Source: Octopus bimaculoides (Eukaryota). From it: a stretch of 64,000 nt of DNA. The notes under the pieces are model-generated. The model saw nothing but the letters and a program-made list of their open reading frames with translations. It had not been told where the DNA came from and did not search any database. The stretch is taken from the NCBI RefSeq assembly GCF_001194135.2, contig NC_068981.1, positions 22,472,472 through 22,536,471 of the forward strand. Reading direction: 5' to 3'. Positions 25,506-37,842 of the stretch are shown here, in pieces. The position numbers and the translations under genes are program-made. The first letter of the stretch is position 1; every line of letters begins with the position of its first letter.

Positions 25506-27199
25506 TGTATATAGTGTGTGATCCAAAGATGTGAAGAGAAATGTGTTGTATAGGTCTAACTGAATGAAAGAGGATATGTGGATAGCTATTTCAGGGTTAA
25601 AAAAAACCTGTTGTAGTTACAGAATAGTTTGAGAGAAGACAAAAACTCTGAGAACCAGAAGCTAATGAGTGTTAATGCATTAAAAGAATTTAGAGATATG
25701 ATAACAGGATAGGTTGAAGGTGGAGTCTTTATTAATTTCTGCAGTATTCTCCTATGATTTGAACTCACTTACTCCTAGTGTTTTTAGAATTCAACTATCT
25801 CAGTTCGAACATTTTGTTACTGAAAAATCCTCGAATTTGAATTGGAATGGTTTTAAAATAGGATTGTTCACTCTAACTTCTTCCAAAAACTACTATTGTA
25901 TAGACTGTTGCTGTCAATCACAAACCTACCAATTCTACTGATTATTGGTGTTGTGCAGTGAATCAGTTGCCACTTGCATATCAAAAATCCTATCTATTTC
26001 TAGTTCACTACATACAGATGGTTTACATGGCATGGTGTTTGCCTTTTAGGCTTAGATCCATCTAACTGCATCATTACCCTTGCTATAATACTACTCTACC
26101 ATCTCTGTCAGCAGATAGCTAATGAAATGCTTGTGAACATTGATTGAAAATCAATGCAATAAAAATATCCCTTTAAGATAAACAAGAGATTTCTCCTTTC
26201 CTCAACATCCCCATCTCCCTCTTTGTTGCATTCTCTGAAAGAATCTGTTGCTAGGATTTGGGAGAAAACTGAAGATGGTTGCCTAAACAGGAAGGAAAAA
26301 TCATGTAAACATTGGCTGGCTTATAAATGTTAACTTCCCACCATGATTTTGAAAAAGGAAATTAAACCAATGAAATATAGCCTTCAGCTGTATAAAGAGA
26401 ACCAGCATGAATATGTTTTCATTGATATTATATATATAACATTACGTGTGTGTGTGTGTGTACTTAGATAAATGGCATCCACAGTATAGATAAAGAACCT
26501 ACAATTTTTATATTCTTATTGTTGTGTATCTATATATAGTCACATGATGTGTTTATTACCAAAACCTTTAACTCTTTGCCTGTCCATGCATTTTCATAAG
26601 TTTTCAGGCTTTTAGTAATATAAAGCCATACCTTTTATCAGTGGTTGTAAAAATTAGGAATGTGTACCATATATGATGCATAGATGCCAGGAAAATGTCC
26701 TGCATCTCACTTGTGACATGCACAGTAGGCAAGGGACTAAGCAGTAATATTTGAACTGGAATTTGTACGAAAGCAATTCCTATTTTTACTTGCTGGGTCT
26801 AGTAAAAGGGACAGTACCCATGGCTTTTGCAGGTCTTCCAAAACTGGTAAAATTAATACCATTAATGCTCTTTAAACATTTTAAAATCATTACTTGCAAA
26901 AAAGATAAACAGGGAATGAATTCCAACAAGCTGATTTTCTAGGAAGGAAGGACTGGGTTTAATATTTCGTGCAGGACTCAGATGGGATTGGGCATCACAA
27001 ATATGATGGGAGGACCAGAGGTACATGGGATAAGAATGCTTAAGGGAATGTATGAGCCCAGCCATCTCCAGCAGACAGACGTCACGAGAGTAGCTGTAGA
27101 AAAGGCAGAGAGGAGACTACACAAAAAAATATTGAAATATTTTTTGAAGTTCAACATGAGATTATTTAGTCTTATCTGAATAAGCTAATATTTGTCTGA

Positions 27200-27620
27200 A
27201 TAGGTGCAGACATGACAGTGTGGTTAAGTTTGCTTCTCAGCCATGTGATTGCAGGTTCAGTTCAACTGTGTAGTACCTTGGGCAAGAGACTCCTACTATA
27301 GCCCCAGCTGGGCCAACAAAATCTTTGTGAGTGTATTTGGTAGATGGAAACTGAAAGAAGCCAATTGTGTGGTTGTATATATGTGTGTTTGCATCTCCTT
27401 GTCTTGCCCTTATGTGATAGTTGTAAACAAGTGTCACTGTCCTACAAGCAGTATTGTTCATTTCCATGCAAAACCATGTCTGGCCATGGAGAAATATTAC
27501 CTTGCTTGAAAACAGGTGAGGGCTGGTAGCAGGAAGAGCATTCAGTTGTAGAAAATCTGCCTCAACAAACTCCATCTAACCTCTGCAAACATGGGAAAGT
27601 GGACATTAAAATGCTGATGA
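27200..27620 (+). mobile_element. Family A head joined to an RTE-type (GAT)n tail (second SINE subfamily)
   Basis: Head as in family A up to the microsatellite, then the 2130-type body and GATGATGA tail. Confidence 0.7.
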
Positions 27621-27679
27621 TGACACAAAGAACTTTACTTCCTAAACAGTGTTCAACTCCTAATACTTTTGGTTTAGCA

Positions 27680-28052
27680 CAGTGGTCCTCAACCATCTTT
27701 TATCTATGGACTCTTAGATTCCTATTTTACTCTGGTGGACCCCATAGCCATTCAATGTTTAAAAAAATCCTATTATATTTTAGGCGTTAGGAAGGGCATC
27801 CAGCTGTAGAAACTCTGCCAAATCAGATTGGAGCCTGGTGCAGCCATCTGGTTCACCAGTCCTCAGTCAAATCGTTCAACCCATGCTAGCATGGAAAGCA
27901 GACGTTAAACGATGATGATGATGAATTAGATATTATTAGGAAGTGTATTAAAAAAAAATTGAAATATTTTGTGTATTGTAGAATTAAAACCAATTTATTG
28001 CCCATAAACTTTAACACCAAAATCCTTTGGGTATCCTGGTTAGGAACCACAG
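27680..28052. mobile_element. hAT-type MITE with 8-bp TSD, interrupted by an RTE 3' fragment
   Basis: TIRs CAGTGGTCCTCAACC / GGTTAGGAACCACAG; TSD GTTTAGCA / GTTTAGCT. Confidence 0.8.
27783..27923 (+). mobile_element. 5'-truncated RTE-tail repeat nested in a hAT MITE
   Basis: Same 3' sequence and (GAT)n tail as 47895-48053. Confidence 0.85.
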
Positions 28053-29371
28053 GTTTAGCTTATAGAGTTGATGGACCTTGTCAAACTAACTAATCTTTTA
28101 TTCATTGCCTGAAGATAGCATTTAGTCATAATGGAAAGAAACAATTAGTTATGGGGACATTCTGTATAATGGATGACAGGAAATGACAGCTGGATAAATA
28201 ACTCTTGACTAGTTAACAAAGCAGCTTCTCTGCAGTTTCTCAACAGGCTTGAGTCTTTGTCAAGAGTCTATAGGCTCATTAAGCACGAGTCCGTCCCAGT
28301 TTCCATAGTGTCCAAGTGATCGAGAGTACAATGCTTTTTCCTGAATGGGAGTCTGTCACAAGGTTAGCTCTCAGCTAATTTTCAATTAAGTGGGCCGAAG
28401 TAATATGGAATCATGTTCTACTCAAGAACGCAGTGTGCTCACCTGATGCGGGGGACTGAAATTATGACCTTAGGATTGTGTCTTACAAGTTAACCGTGAA
28501 ATCTTTTACCTTCACAACATACTAAAAATAGTAAACAAATATTTCTTGAATCACACCTTATATAGATAAATGATACATCAGACAAAGTAATTCTAGATAC
28601 ACTTACCTGAAAGAAGGCTGGATGGCCATGGCTGGAATGGACTGTTTTTGATCAGAAATTTGCATAATCTTGGATTTGACCAGGAGCCAAACAAGAACTC
28701 TCTTCATGAGAGCAGGTGATAATGTGCAGTACAGTGACTAATTTTACGGAAATATCTCTCAAGATAGATTTTGACAGTAAAGAGTTAATATTTATTTACA
28801 GGAAGTAATATATCCGATAGAGAAAATTAAAAATACTTCATAGCAAATCTTAGAATAGCAAATCTTAGAAAATTGTTTCCATTTAATTATGTCCTGTGAT
28901 CTTCGTTAATCAATAGATCTTGGAATAGTTTTACATGTAGGCCAAAACATCTATCCAGTTGTCTTGGTTTCATCAAATACAATTAGAATAATTTTCTGAA
29001 ATGAGATTTTGCTTACTGATTAATTTGACTTTTGATATTTTAATATAATTTTACCGCTGTAATCGTTTTCTCTCTCCCTTTCTCTCCCCCTCTCTCTCTT
29101 TCTCCCCCTACAATTATTGGCTTTGTGCTAAGTTGAAAGGATTTCTTTTTTTTTTAAACCCTTCGACTGCAAAATCAAATTTCATGGTTATTCCAATAAT
29201 GTTAAATATCTACCAAAAAATAGAATTGGTATTTCCTGCAAGTCACATTGCCTCAATAAGCTTGGCATATCTCAACAGAAAATAGTTTCAAACTTGACCT
29301 TCCTCGACAAAAGGTAAATTGCTATTTAAAATTGCTTGCTGCCACTAAGAGTAATGAAATTTTGAGTGGAT

Positions 29372-29575
29372 ATTCTGTTGTAAAGTGTTGTAAGCTTTCT
29401 GTTGTAAAGCTTTCTGTTGTAAGCTTTCTGTTGTAAAGCTTTCTGTTGTAAAGCTTTCTGTTGTAAGCTTTCTGTTGTAAAGCTTTCTGTTGTAAAGCTT
29501 TCNNNNNNNNNNCTTTCTGTTGTAAAGCTTTCTGTTGTAAAGCTTTCTGTTGTAAAGCTTTCTGTTGTAAAGTGT
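29372..29575. repeat. 15/14-bp minisatellite (CTTTCTGTTGTAA[A]G)n
   Basis: More than 10 near-perfect units spanning a 10-N gap; each junction forms AAGCTT. Confidence 0.95.
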
Positions 29576-30305
29576 TAAGGTTTGTTGAGAGTGTCAGAGT
29601 AGGCAGTTCAACTGGCTGTATAGTTGATCAACCCTCGGTTAGCTCTGATCAAGCAGATTCATAATTGGAAGCCGTTCCATTGATGACCATTCTAGCAGGG
29701 TTCTGAATGTGTATCTAGGACTGCATTACCTGATGTGTTCTTTTGTCTTTAAATCAGTAGGCTGCTGTGGTTTGATGATTCTTGAAGCCCGAGGGACCAT
29801 GGATGTTTAATCATTGGCCACTGGATCGGAATGGTTGTGTTAGTGTCATTAGTGTTCCGAGTTCAAATTCTATTGAGGTTGACTTCCTTAGAGATCTCCC
29901 CCACCACAATTATTATAAACACCAGTACTTATACTTCAGTTCTTAATACATTCCTCTTTACAAAAAAGATTTTGTTTCATATAAGCATATTAATTAGGTG
30001 TTGCTTCTGGTTCTATAACCCCAGACCAGTCCTAATTGAATAGTTTATGCCTAAAACCATTTTAGAAACAAGCATTTGCTTTCTATTCAGAACCTCATTC
30101 TCCAATATATCCTTCCTTATTTAACACAGGATGTTATTTGAGGTTTAGTTGCTATTTTTAACAAGTTAAGCAACCACATTAAGGTTCTCTTGTAGTTAAC
30201 TGTTATGTAAATATATAGACAACTGTTAAAAATAAAATCTTTTAACTGTACACATGCATATAACTTTTTCCATTATTCTTCTGTGTGTGTATATATGTAT
30301 ATATA

Positions 30306-31697
30306 CACCCAGAACCATGCTAATAGCTTTGGAGTGAAATTTAGGATTTCTCAGTTTTCTGTGAATCGATTTCGATACTTTTTTCAGCTGGTTTACACAC
30401 TATGGCAACACCATTATGTTTTCATTATTCTGTGTAATGTCCTTTCTTTTTTATATCAGATTCTTTAGTTTTTGGATGAACCACACTAATACCTTTTGAA
30501 TGAAAATTGTCCATCTAGACATTTTTTTTTTTTTTTTTTCAGAAAATGAAGGGTAATGATACTTATTAAGCATACATTGAGTATATATTTAACAGAAAAC
30601 CATAACATTTGACATAATGAGTTATTTGGCCATATGAGCACCATTTCGGCAGATAACTTCAAAAACCCTATAAGTCATGGAATCTGTTAATCTCTTAATA
30701 GTAGCAGGTTGGACTGCCTCTGCTGCAGCTTTGATGGTCACTCATAAGACATCTTTCAACATAAATTGGCGTCCATCGGTATAAACATCTTGTTTAATGA
30801 TGGACCATAGATCTTCGATAGGGTTGAGATCCAGAGATGCTGGTGACCACACCTTCAACCTTTCACATTGTATGGTGTGAGACCCTAGTAATGTTTGGGT
30901 AGTTCTACCAGAGTGGGAGGGAGTGTTGTCATGCATAAATATGAGATTCCTTAGAAGTGACAGCAGTATGTCATCTAGCCAAGGATTCAAGACCTCCTTC
31001 AGGAGATTGCAGTAAGTGGCTGCTGTCACTTTAATCCCTTCAGACACCTTGACTGGGCCAAGAAGTCTGTCCCCAGTGATACCAGCTCACATGACTCCTC
31101 CACCCTGTTGTTGATGTCATAAACATTGATGCTCATCTCCAAAATAGACCCAACCATTTGCCCAACCATCAGGTCCATCAAGGGTCACCCTGGTTTTGTC
31201 AGTGAACAGAAAATTACTAATGTCTAACATCATGTACTTTTGAACCCATTGGTGCCTCGAACTCCTGTGATGGGGGTGTTAAAGGAGGCAGTTTCAGCGA
31301 TTCTTGCACAGAAGCCATGGTCCTGAGGATGCGATTTCTGGTGGTGTTCAGTACATGAGAAGTCCAGAGGTGGTGAACAGTAACTTGCAGCCAATATTCC
31401 TTAAATCCCTAGCTGTCAGTCTCAGCGGTCCCACAATTGGATTATTTCTTCCTTGGCGATGACATGAAGAGAGGTGCCTTTAACATTTTCCTTAATGATG
31501 ACAGACTTTTCTCCGTTGTTAAGGCCTTTTCCACATCCCATTGTTCTTAGAGAGCTGAGAAGCTATTAGTGTGGTTCACCCAAAAACTGGGTTGCCATAG
31601 GGTGCAAACCAGCCGGGAAAAGTTTTATCAAAATCGATTCACAGGAAACTGCAAAATCCTAAATTCCACTCCTAAGCTACTAGCATGGTTCTGGGTG
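30306..31697 (-). mobile_element. Full-length Tc1-like DNA transposon, DD37E (TRT-type), with long TIRs and TA TSD
   Basis: TA-CACCCAGAACCATGCTA... at 30304 mirrors ...TAGCATGGTTCTGGGTG-TA at 31699. The inverted match continues ~100 bp, then resumes after a ~60-bp indel (30467-30493 vs 31561-31590). A decayed transposase lies inside. Confidence 0.92.
30622..31541 (-). pseudogene. DD37E Tc1-family transposase pseudogene
   Basis: Hand translation: MGCGKGLNNGEKSVII...PPLTP...WVQKYM..FLFTDKTRVTLDGPDGW...QQGGGVM*AGI...FMHDNTPSH...WSPASLDLNPIEDLWSIIKQ...MAK*. There are 37 residues between the second D and the E. At least three in-frame TGA stops and several frameshifts. Confidence 0.9.
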
Positions 31698-31754
31698 TAT
31701 ATATATATGTGTGTGTGTATGTATGTGTGTGTAAATACACACACATACTTTCAT

Positions 31755-31990
31755 ATCATCATTTAACACCCATTTTCTATGCTTGCATGGGATGGAGGGT
31801 TTGACAGGAGCTGGCCAGCTGAAGAGCTCCCCAAGCTCCATGTCTGTTTTGATGTGGTTTCTATGGCTGGATGCCCTTCCTGACACCAACTACTTTACAG
31901 TGTACTGAGTGCTTTTACACAGCACCAGCATGGGTGTATTTACATGGCACCTGTACAGTGCTTTTTATGTGGCCCCAGAACCCACAAGCC
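31755..31990 (-). mobile_element. RTE-tail repeat copy
   Basis: CATCATCATTTAAC..TTCTATGGCTGGATGCCCTTCCTGACACCAAC. Confidence 0.75.
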
Positions 31991-32048
31991 AGCAAGGCTG
32001 GGAATACTTAGCTGGAGAGAGATGGATGGAATTGATATATCTAGCTAT

Positions 32049-32089
<41 letters not shown>

Positions 32090-32099
32090 NNNNNNNNNN

Positions 32100-32165
<66 letters not shown>

Positions 32166-33779
32166 GTAGGTAAATAAATTTTGTCAAAATATTTCAACAT
32201 TGTCTCATAGTGATAGATAAAATGTCAACAAAATGTTGACTATTTACTTGATTGCCTACTGCCTACCCTGAGTATATACTTGCAGTACATGTCTATATAC
32301 TACACCTTCCCACACTGCAGCATGCACATGACATGTACATTTGATATCACGTGCAAAACTATTCAAGAGCTCTGTGTGCACATCTAAGAGAAGTATCTAG
32401 TCTATTATACACACAGAAATAATATACATTTAACTAATTATCTGTATACAGTTTTGTTATTCTTTTCTATTTGTTATATTTTTTTACTGTGGAAACTAAT
32501 TTAATTTTAAATTTTCATTTTTGCCTTCCACTCTTGTATTCTTTCTTGCCACTTAATTCCATATAAAAGAAATTTTTTCTCTTTCATTCCTCCCCATTCA
32601 TTCACATTAATGTTATCAACTAACTTACTTAGCTTCGTTGAAATTTATGATTATCATTATCACATTTTTATTTCATTTTTTCCATCATACATGCAGCACC
32701 CCTCTTCCTCCATTCTATAGAAAATTTTGTATTTTATGAGTTTTTCATTTTGCTGGAAGTGTTAATCAATAAACAGTTTTTGCTAGCTCTCAGACTTCCC
32801 CCATTCCTCTAACTTCCATTGATCATCTACAAGGCTTCTGTAGGAATTGATACAACTGTCCATCTCTTACATTCTAGCCTTGGAATTTCCTCTTGTACAC
32901 CATACTGTTGAGAGGCTAAACACTTGATCTAAAATCTCAGTAAGATATTTCAAAGGGAAATATCACATCATGGTGTCATCTTTCCCTGGCAAAACTTATT
33001 GTTTTCTGCTATGCATTAACCTCCCCCCACTTTCTTCTACAGCTGACTGATTTGTTTACTGTTTCCTCATTGTCTGCATCAGTAGCACTAAGCTTTAGCT
33101 CTAACTCTAAACACCTCTCTGTACTATTATCCAAAGTCAGGATCTTTGTCTCCTTTCCATGTAATTAACATATATGGCCTCTCAATGGGTTTTTTTTTCT
33201 TCAATTTAGTTATAAAATTTATTCAAATAATACACAGCATTCATCCTTCCTTCATTCTATCCCAGCATCTGTAACCTTCTCACAAGAATATGGAATAATG
33301 GTTTTAAGAGATTTCTCTACTGAAGATGTAAAAGACAAAGTTGACAGTTAACTTTAACACATATTAAATAGATTTTGCTTTTTTGTTTTTAATATATTTA
33401 TTTTCAGCATCTTTCTGTTGTCAGTCTCCATTGATCTGGAATTTCCAATTTTCTTCTGCTTGCTTTATGTATGTATGCATGTATGAGTGTGTGTGTATGT
33501 GTGTGTTTGTATGTGTGTGTGTGTGTATGCATGTATTTATGTATGTATGTTCCATGAAGAACTTTAAACTAGATTTATTTTTCCATGAATTCTACAGATG
33601 AGATGATAAATTCCTCATCACCAAAGATGAAGGACTTACGTTATGGACTTCTGTAATTGTCTTATACTATCTGATTCAAGCAAATAAATACTTGTTTCTC
33701 CATAACAAAATACATTCCTTTTCTTTTTGACTTCAGTGATACATTTTTAGTTTCTTTACTATGCTTTCCTGAGCAGATG

Positions 33780-33813
<34 letters not shown>

Positions 33814-34683
33814 TCATAATAATGATAATTCTTTTTAATTTTAGTCCAAGGCCAGCAATTTTGAGAGAAGTCAGTACCATAGACTAGTACTTTACTTTAT
33901 TGATCCCCAGGAGGATGACAAATTTTACTTAGAATTTGAACTGAGAACATAGAGAGCCAGAAATATTGATATGTATTTTTTCCAACACACCACTGATTCT
34001 GCCAATAGGACTTATGTGATAAACAGTTTTCTTTCCTTGAAATTTGTAGCCTTCTTCTTTGACAAAATTGTTACAGCATTGAACAGGGTACTTGGCAGTT
34101 TTTTGTTTTTTTTTCTGGTTTTTCACATTTTGAATTCAAATCTTGCTTAGGTCAACTTTGTCTTCCAATAAAATAAAGTACTGATAAGGTACTAGTCAAT
34201 GGTACGTGTCCAATTTCTACCAAAACTGACCTTGTGTCAAAATAAGAACAATTATTGATACATGAATGATAATAGCCTTGAGATTTCTGTATAGTAATAC
34301 TGACCACATAACCAACAGCTGTTGTTGCAAAGAGTTAAGGAATGGAGTATATTTTGCGTAGAGACGAGGAAGAATACAAGTCTAACTTTTCAGCGAGAAC
34401 GCTTCATTGGAGAGGGATGAAATGTTGACTGGTTTTGCAAGATAGATAAAGAGTAATAAGAGAGAGGAGGGGGAGTAGGACGACGAAAAGTGATTATATT
34501 GGTGAAGAAGAATAAGGGAAGAGGGAGGTGAGGTAACAAGTGTTAGTGGCTGGGAAGGGAGCAATGGAGCGAGGAGAAAATAAAGGGAATGCCAATAAAT
34601 TTGAAAACTCATTGAGGGAAAAGGGAAAGTAATGATGGAAGTACTATACGCACACACACATACATTATATATAATATATACAT

Positions 34684-34749
<66 letters not shown>

Positions 34750-34758
34750 GTAGACAAA

Positions 34759-34795
<37 letters not shown>

Positions 34796-34965
34796 GCGTG
34801 TGTGTATACATACTTATAGAAATACATACATATAAGGATATATATATATAAAAACGTATATGTAAATGCAAGTACTCATTTACATATGTGTATACACATC
34901 TTCCCAGTTATTNNNNNNNNNNNNNNNNNNNNNNNNNNNNNNNNNNNNNNNNNNNNNNNNNNNNN

Positions 34966-34998
<33 letters not shown>

Positions 34999-37499
34999 TA
35001 CGTACAAACTTGGATATATGTACATTAGTTTACTTGTTTTTTCTTTACTTTTTGTTTGTTTTTGGATGATAGCTGGCCAGGCTACAACTGCACTGTCTAT
35101 GCCTGAATGTGGCTGTTTGATCTACATGAAATAGCAGCCAAATGTCTCAAGTCACATCTTTCTGTCTTAGTATGGGAAAGACACATTAGATAACGGTCAT
35201 ATATAAGACTGCCTAAATAAGACACAACGGTCATGGCCAGAAAGACTATGATACTAGTTCTGTTTTGAAAGGACCGACTTAGTATTTCATGGTTGCATTT
35301 TAATCAGTTGGAAGGGACATATAATCACTCCATTATTCAACCATTCAACCATACAACCCACAACCGTTATGCTATATAAACTCAGAAAATGAATGTAAAA
35401 CTAGGGTTGAGATGGGGATTATTCTCCATTTAGATTTCCTTTCCAATATCAAATATTCTATCATAAAGTGGCTTTGATAACTGTTTTCTGGCTATTTGTT
35501 GCTTTTATATAGTATTTTAATTTTTTCTTTCCTTTTTTTTTTTTTATTTTTTATTTTTTTTAGCAATAAATGTTATTGTAAACAATCTCCTAAGATGTTT
35601 GGTTATCAAAGAGAAATCCAATGATAGAATTTATAGTTTACTGCAGCTAAGGGATTTTAAAGATATAAACATAGATGTATGAATGAAAACAACGAACAGT
35701 TTACATCATAGAATAAATATGAGGAATTATGAATCCAAAATATTTGGAAGTCAGTCAGCTTGATTCAATAGAACAGGCAAATACACTAAATAAATAGAAC
35801 AAAAAATAGTCTTCATAGAATGTTGCTGTTGGTTAACTCTGGGTAAACTATGATCAAAAAGACCTATGATCAATGATGGCCTTCCCTCCATGACTGTCAT
35901 GTATTTTATTCAGAGCATCAAGGACTATATTATTCAATGTGTCAAGCACAGTGTCTTCTAAAGAGCAATTAATACCAGGGAAGAAAACCTTTTTCTTCAT
36001 AGTATTTGGTGGAATTATGAGCTTGTATTTGAAAATAAAGTAAAAACTGCCTAGATTACATATTAAATTTGTTTTTATTGCATACTTATGAAATTCTTAA
36101 AATGTCTGGTCAGTAGTTATCATATGCAGCACTATTTCATTCATCTTAGAAATCTTCAGCAAGATTTTGAAATTGGTAATATGTGATTTGAGGTAAATTT
36201 TGCTGCTATTTCTAGCATGTTGAGTACTCATATAGGGGCTCTCTTGTCTAGAGATGGGATTGGGAGCAGGGAACTTTTGAGGCACTATAGTTCCATCCAT
36301 ATCGCAATTTCATAGTGTTTGTGTGTAATTTCTAATTTAAGCACTTTTGAAGGGAGGGGAAGCGGGTTACCTGATTGCATTGATCATCTGCACTTGATCA
36401 GTTCTTTATAGTCTCCAGAGCAGTGAAAGATAAAGCTGACCATAGCAAGATTTGAACTCAGAGTGTAAAGTGTGGGAAGAATATCAAGTGCCACAAGGCA
36501 TTTTGTCCAATATTCTAACAATTCTGTCTATTTATTGCCTCTGTCTGTGTTTGTATATTGAGTATATAACAAAAACTAATGAAATATAAAGAAAAATAAG
36601 ATGAACTACTTGATCTGGGCTAACACGGGGCTAAACAACACAGGAATTTTTCTTGAAGCAACACATGTACACACTAACATGCTTTCCTTTTTTCTCTCTC
36701 TCTTTCTCACTCTCTCCAGTGACTATTCTTGAAATAAGGACATTTTCTTCCAGCAACACATGCACATGCACACACACACTCAGTCACAATGCACACAAAT
36801 ACACATGCACACACACACACACTCTCAGTCATATGCACACAAAAATCTTGCTACATCAGCAAAAGAAGAAAAGCAAACCAAAATTAAGAACAACTGAGCA
36901 AGGGTGGTGTGAGTTTATCTTAGGATATTATTTGTGTTTTGACAGGAAGAAGAGGAGGTGTTATGGTGAAGATATCTCAGTTCTTTTTGATGTGTAGTCT
37001 TTCGGACCTATTTTATTTCATCTTTGAGGTGGTTGCTGTATTTTTCTCTTCTGGATGGAACTAGATATTTGTACCAAAGATAAGATGTTTTAATGCCTCA
37101 GAAATAACAGTATCAAAGAACTCTTAACCTATTTTTTCATACAGTTGTTGAGGTCATTGCAAAACACACACTAAATATATATCACGAACAGTTTTTCTTT
37201 GAACTGTTACAATAAAAGCACGATTGTGTTAGAGTTAGGTTGATCTTGCTGATTAATGTGTTTCTCTGTTTTTTTTTTTATGTGGAACAATATTTTTAGG
37301 TTCCTGGAAGTTTCTGAAACTTCACCGTCTTATTTTCTAGATTAAGTGGTTATTTAGTGGATTTAGTTTTAGCTTCTTTTTCTTTTACAAAATAAGGGCC
37401 ATAAGAATGTTACTGTCATCCTTATGGGTTTAAAGTGGTTTGTGTGCGTGTGTGTGTGTATTTATATATATATATATATATATAAAGAGAGCACATTTT

Positions 37500-37775
37500 A
37501 AATGAGATAATCCAAGAATGTAGCAGAGTGAATTATGTGATTGCAGAGTGCTGCAGGTACATTCTGCTGGACTGGACATGTTGCAAGGTTCTCAGACAAC
37601 AAGTGGACCCATGCATGCAGTTGCTGGGTGGTATCCAAGAGGCTGGAAAAGTTCATTTAGAAGGCCTCTATGATGATGGGAAGGTGATTTAGTTAATCAA
37701 TTTGAGTCAAGATGGAAAAGAATGGCACAATGAAGACAGAATTGGAAGTGTATTGTGATCTATGCATCTGATAGT
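37500..37775 (+). mobile_element. RTE LINE C-terminal fragment (decayed)
   Basis: WTGHVARFSDNKWT..WYPRGWKSSFRRPL**WEGDL...WKRMAQ*RQNWK. Confidence 0.8.
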
Positions 37776-37794
37776 CTGGTCAATACTGTGATAA

Positions 37795-37842
<48 letters not shown>

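Noticed and set aside
26960-27130. LRW-IGH-like RTE remnant
   Set aside because: Needs several frameshifts to align; too degenerate to call.
29372-29575. CRISPR-like array
   Set aside because: Units are contiguous with no unique spacers; eukaryotic context and no cas genes.
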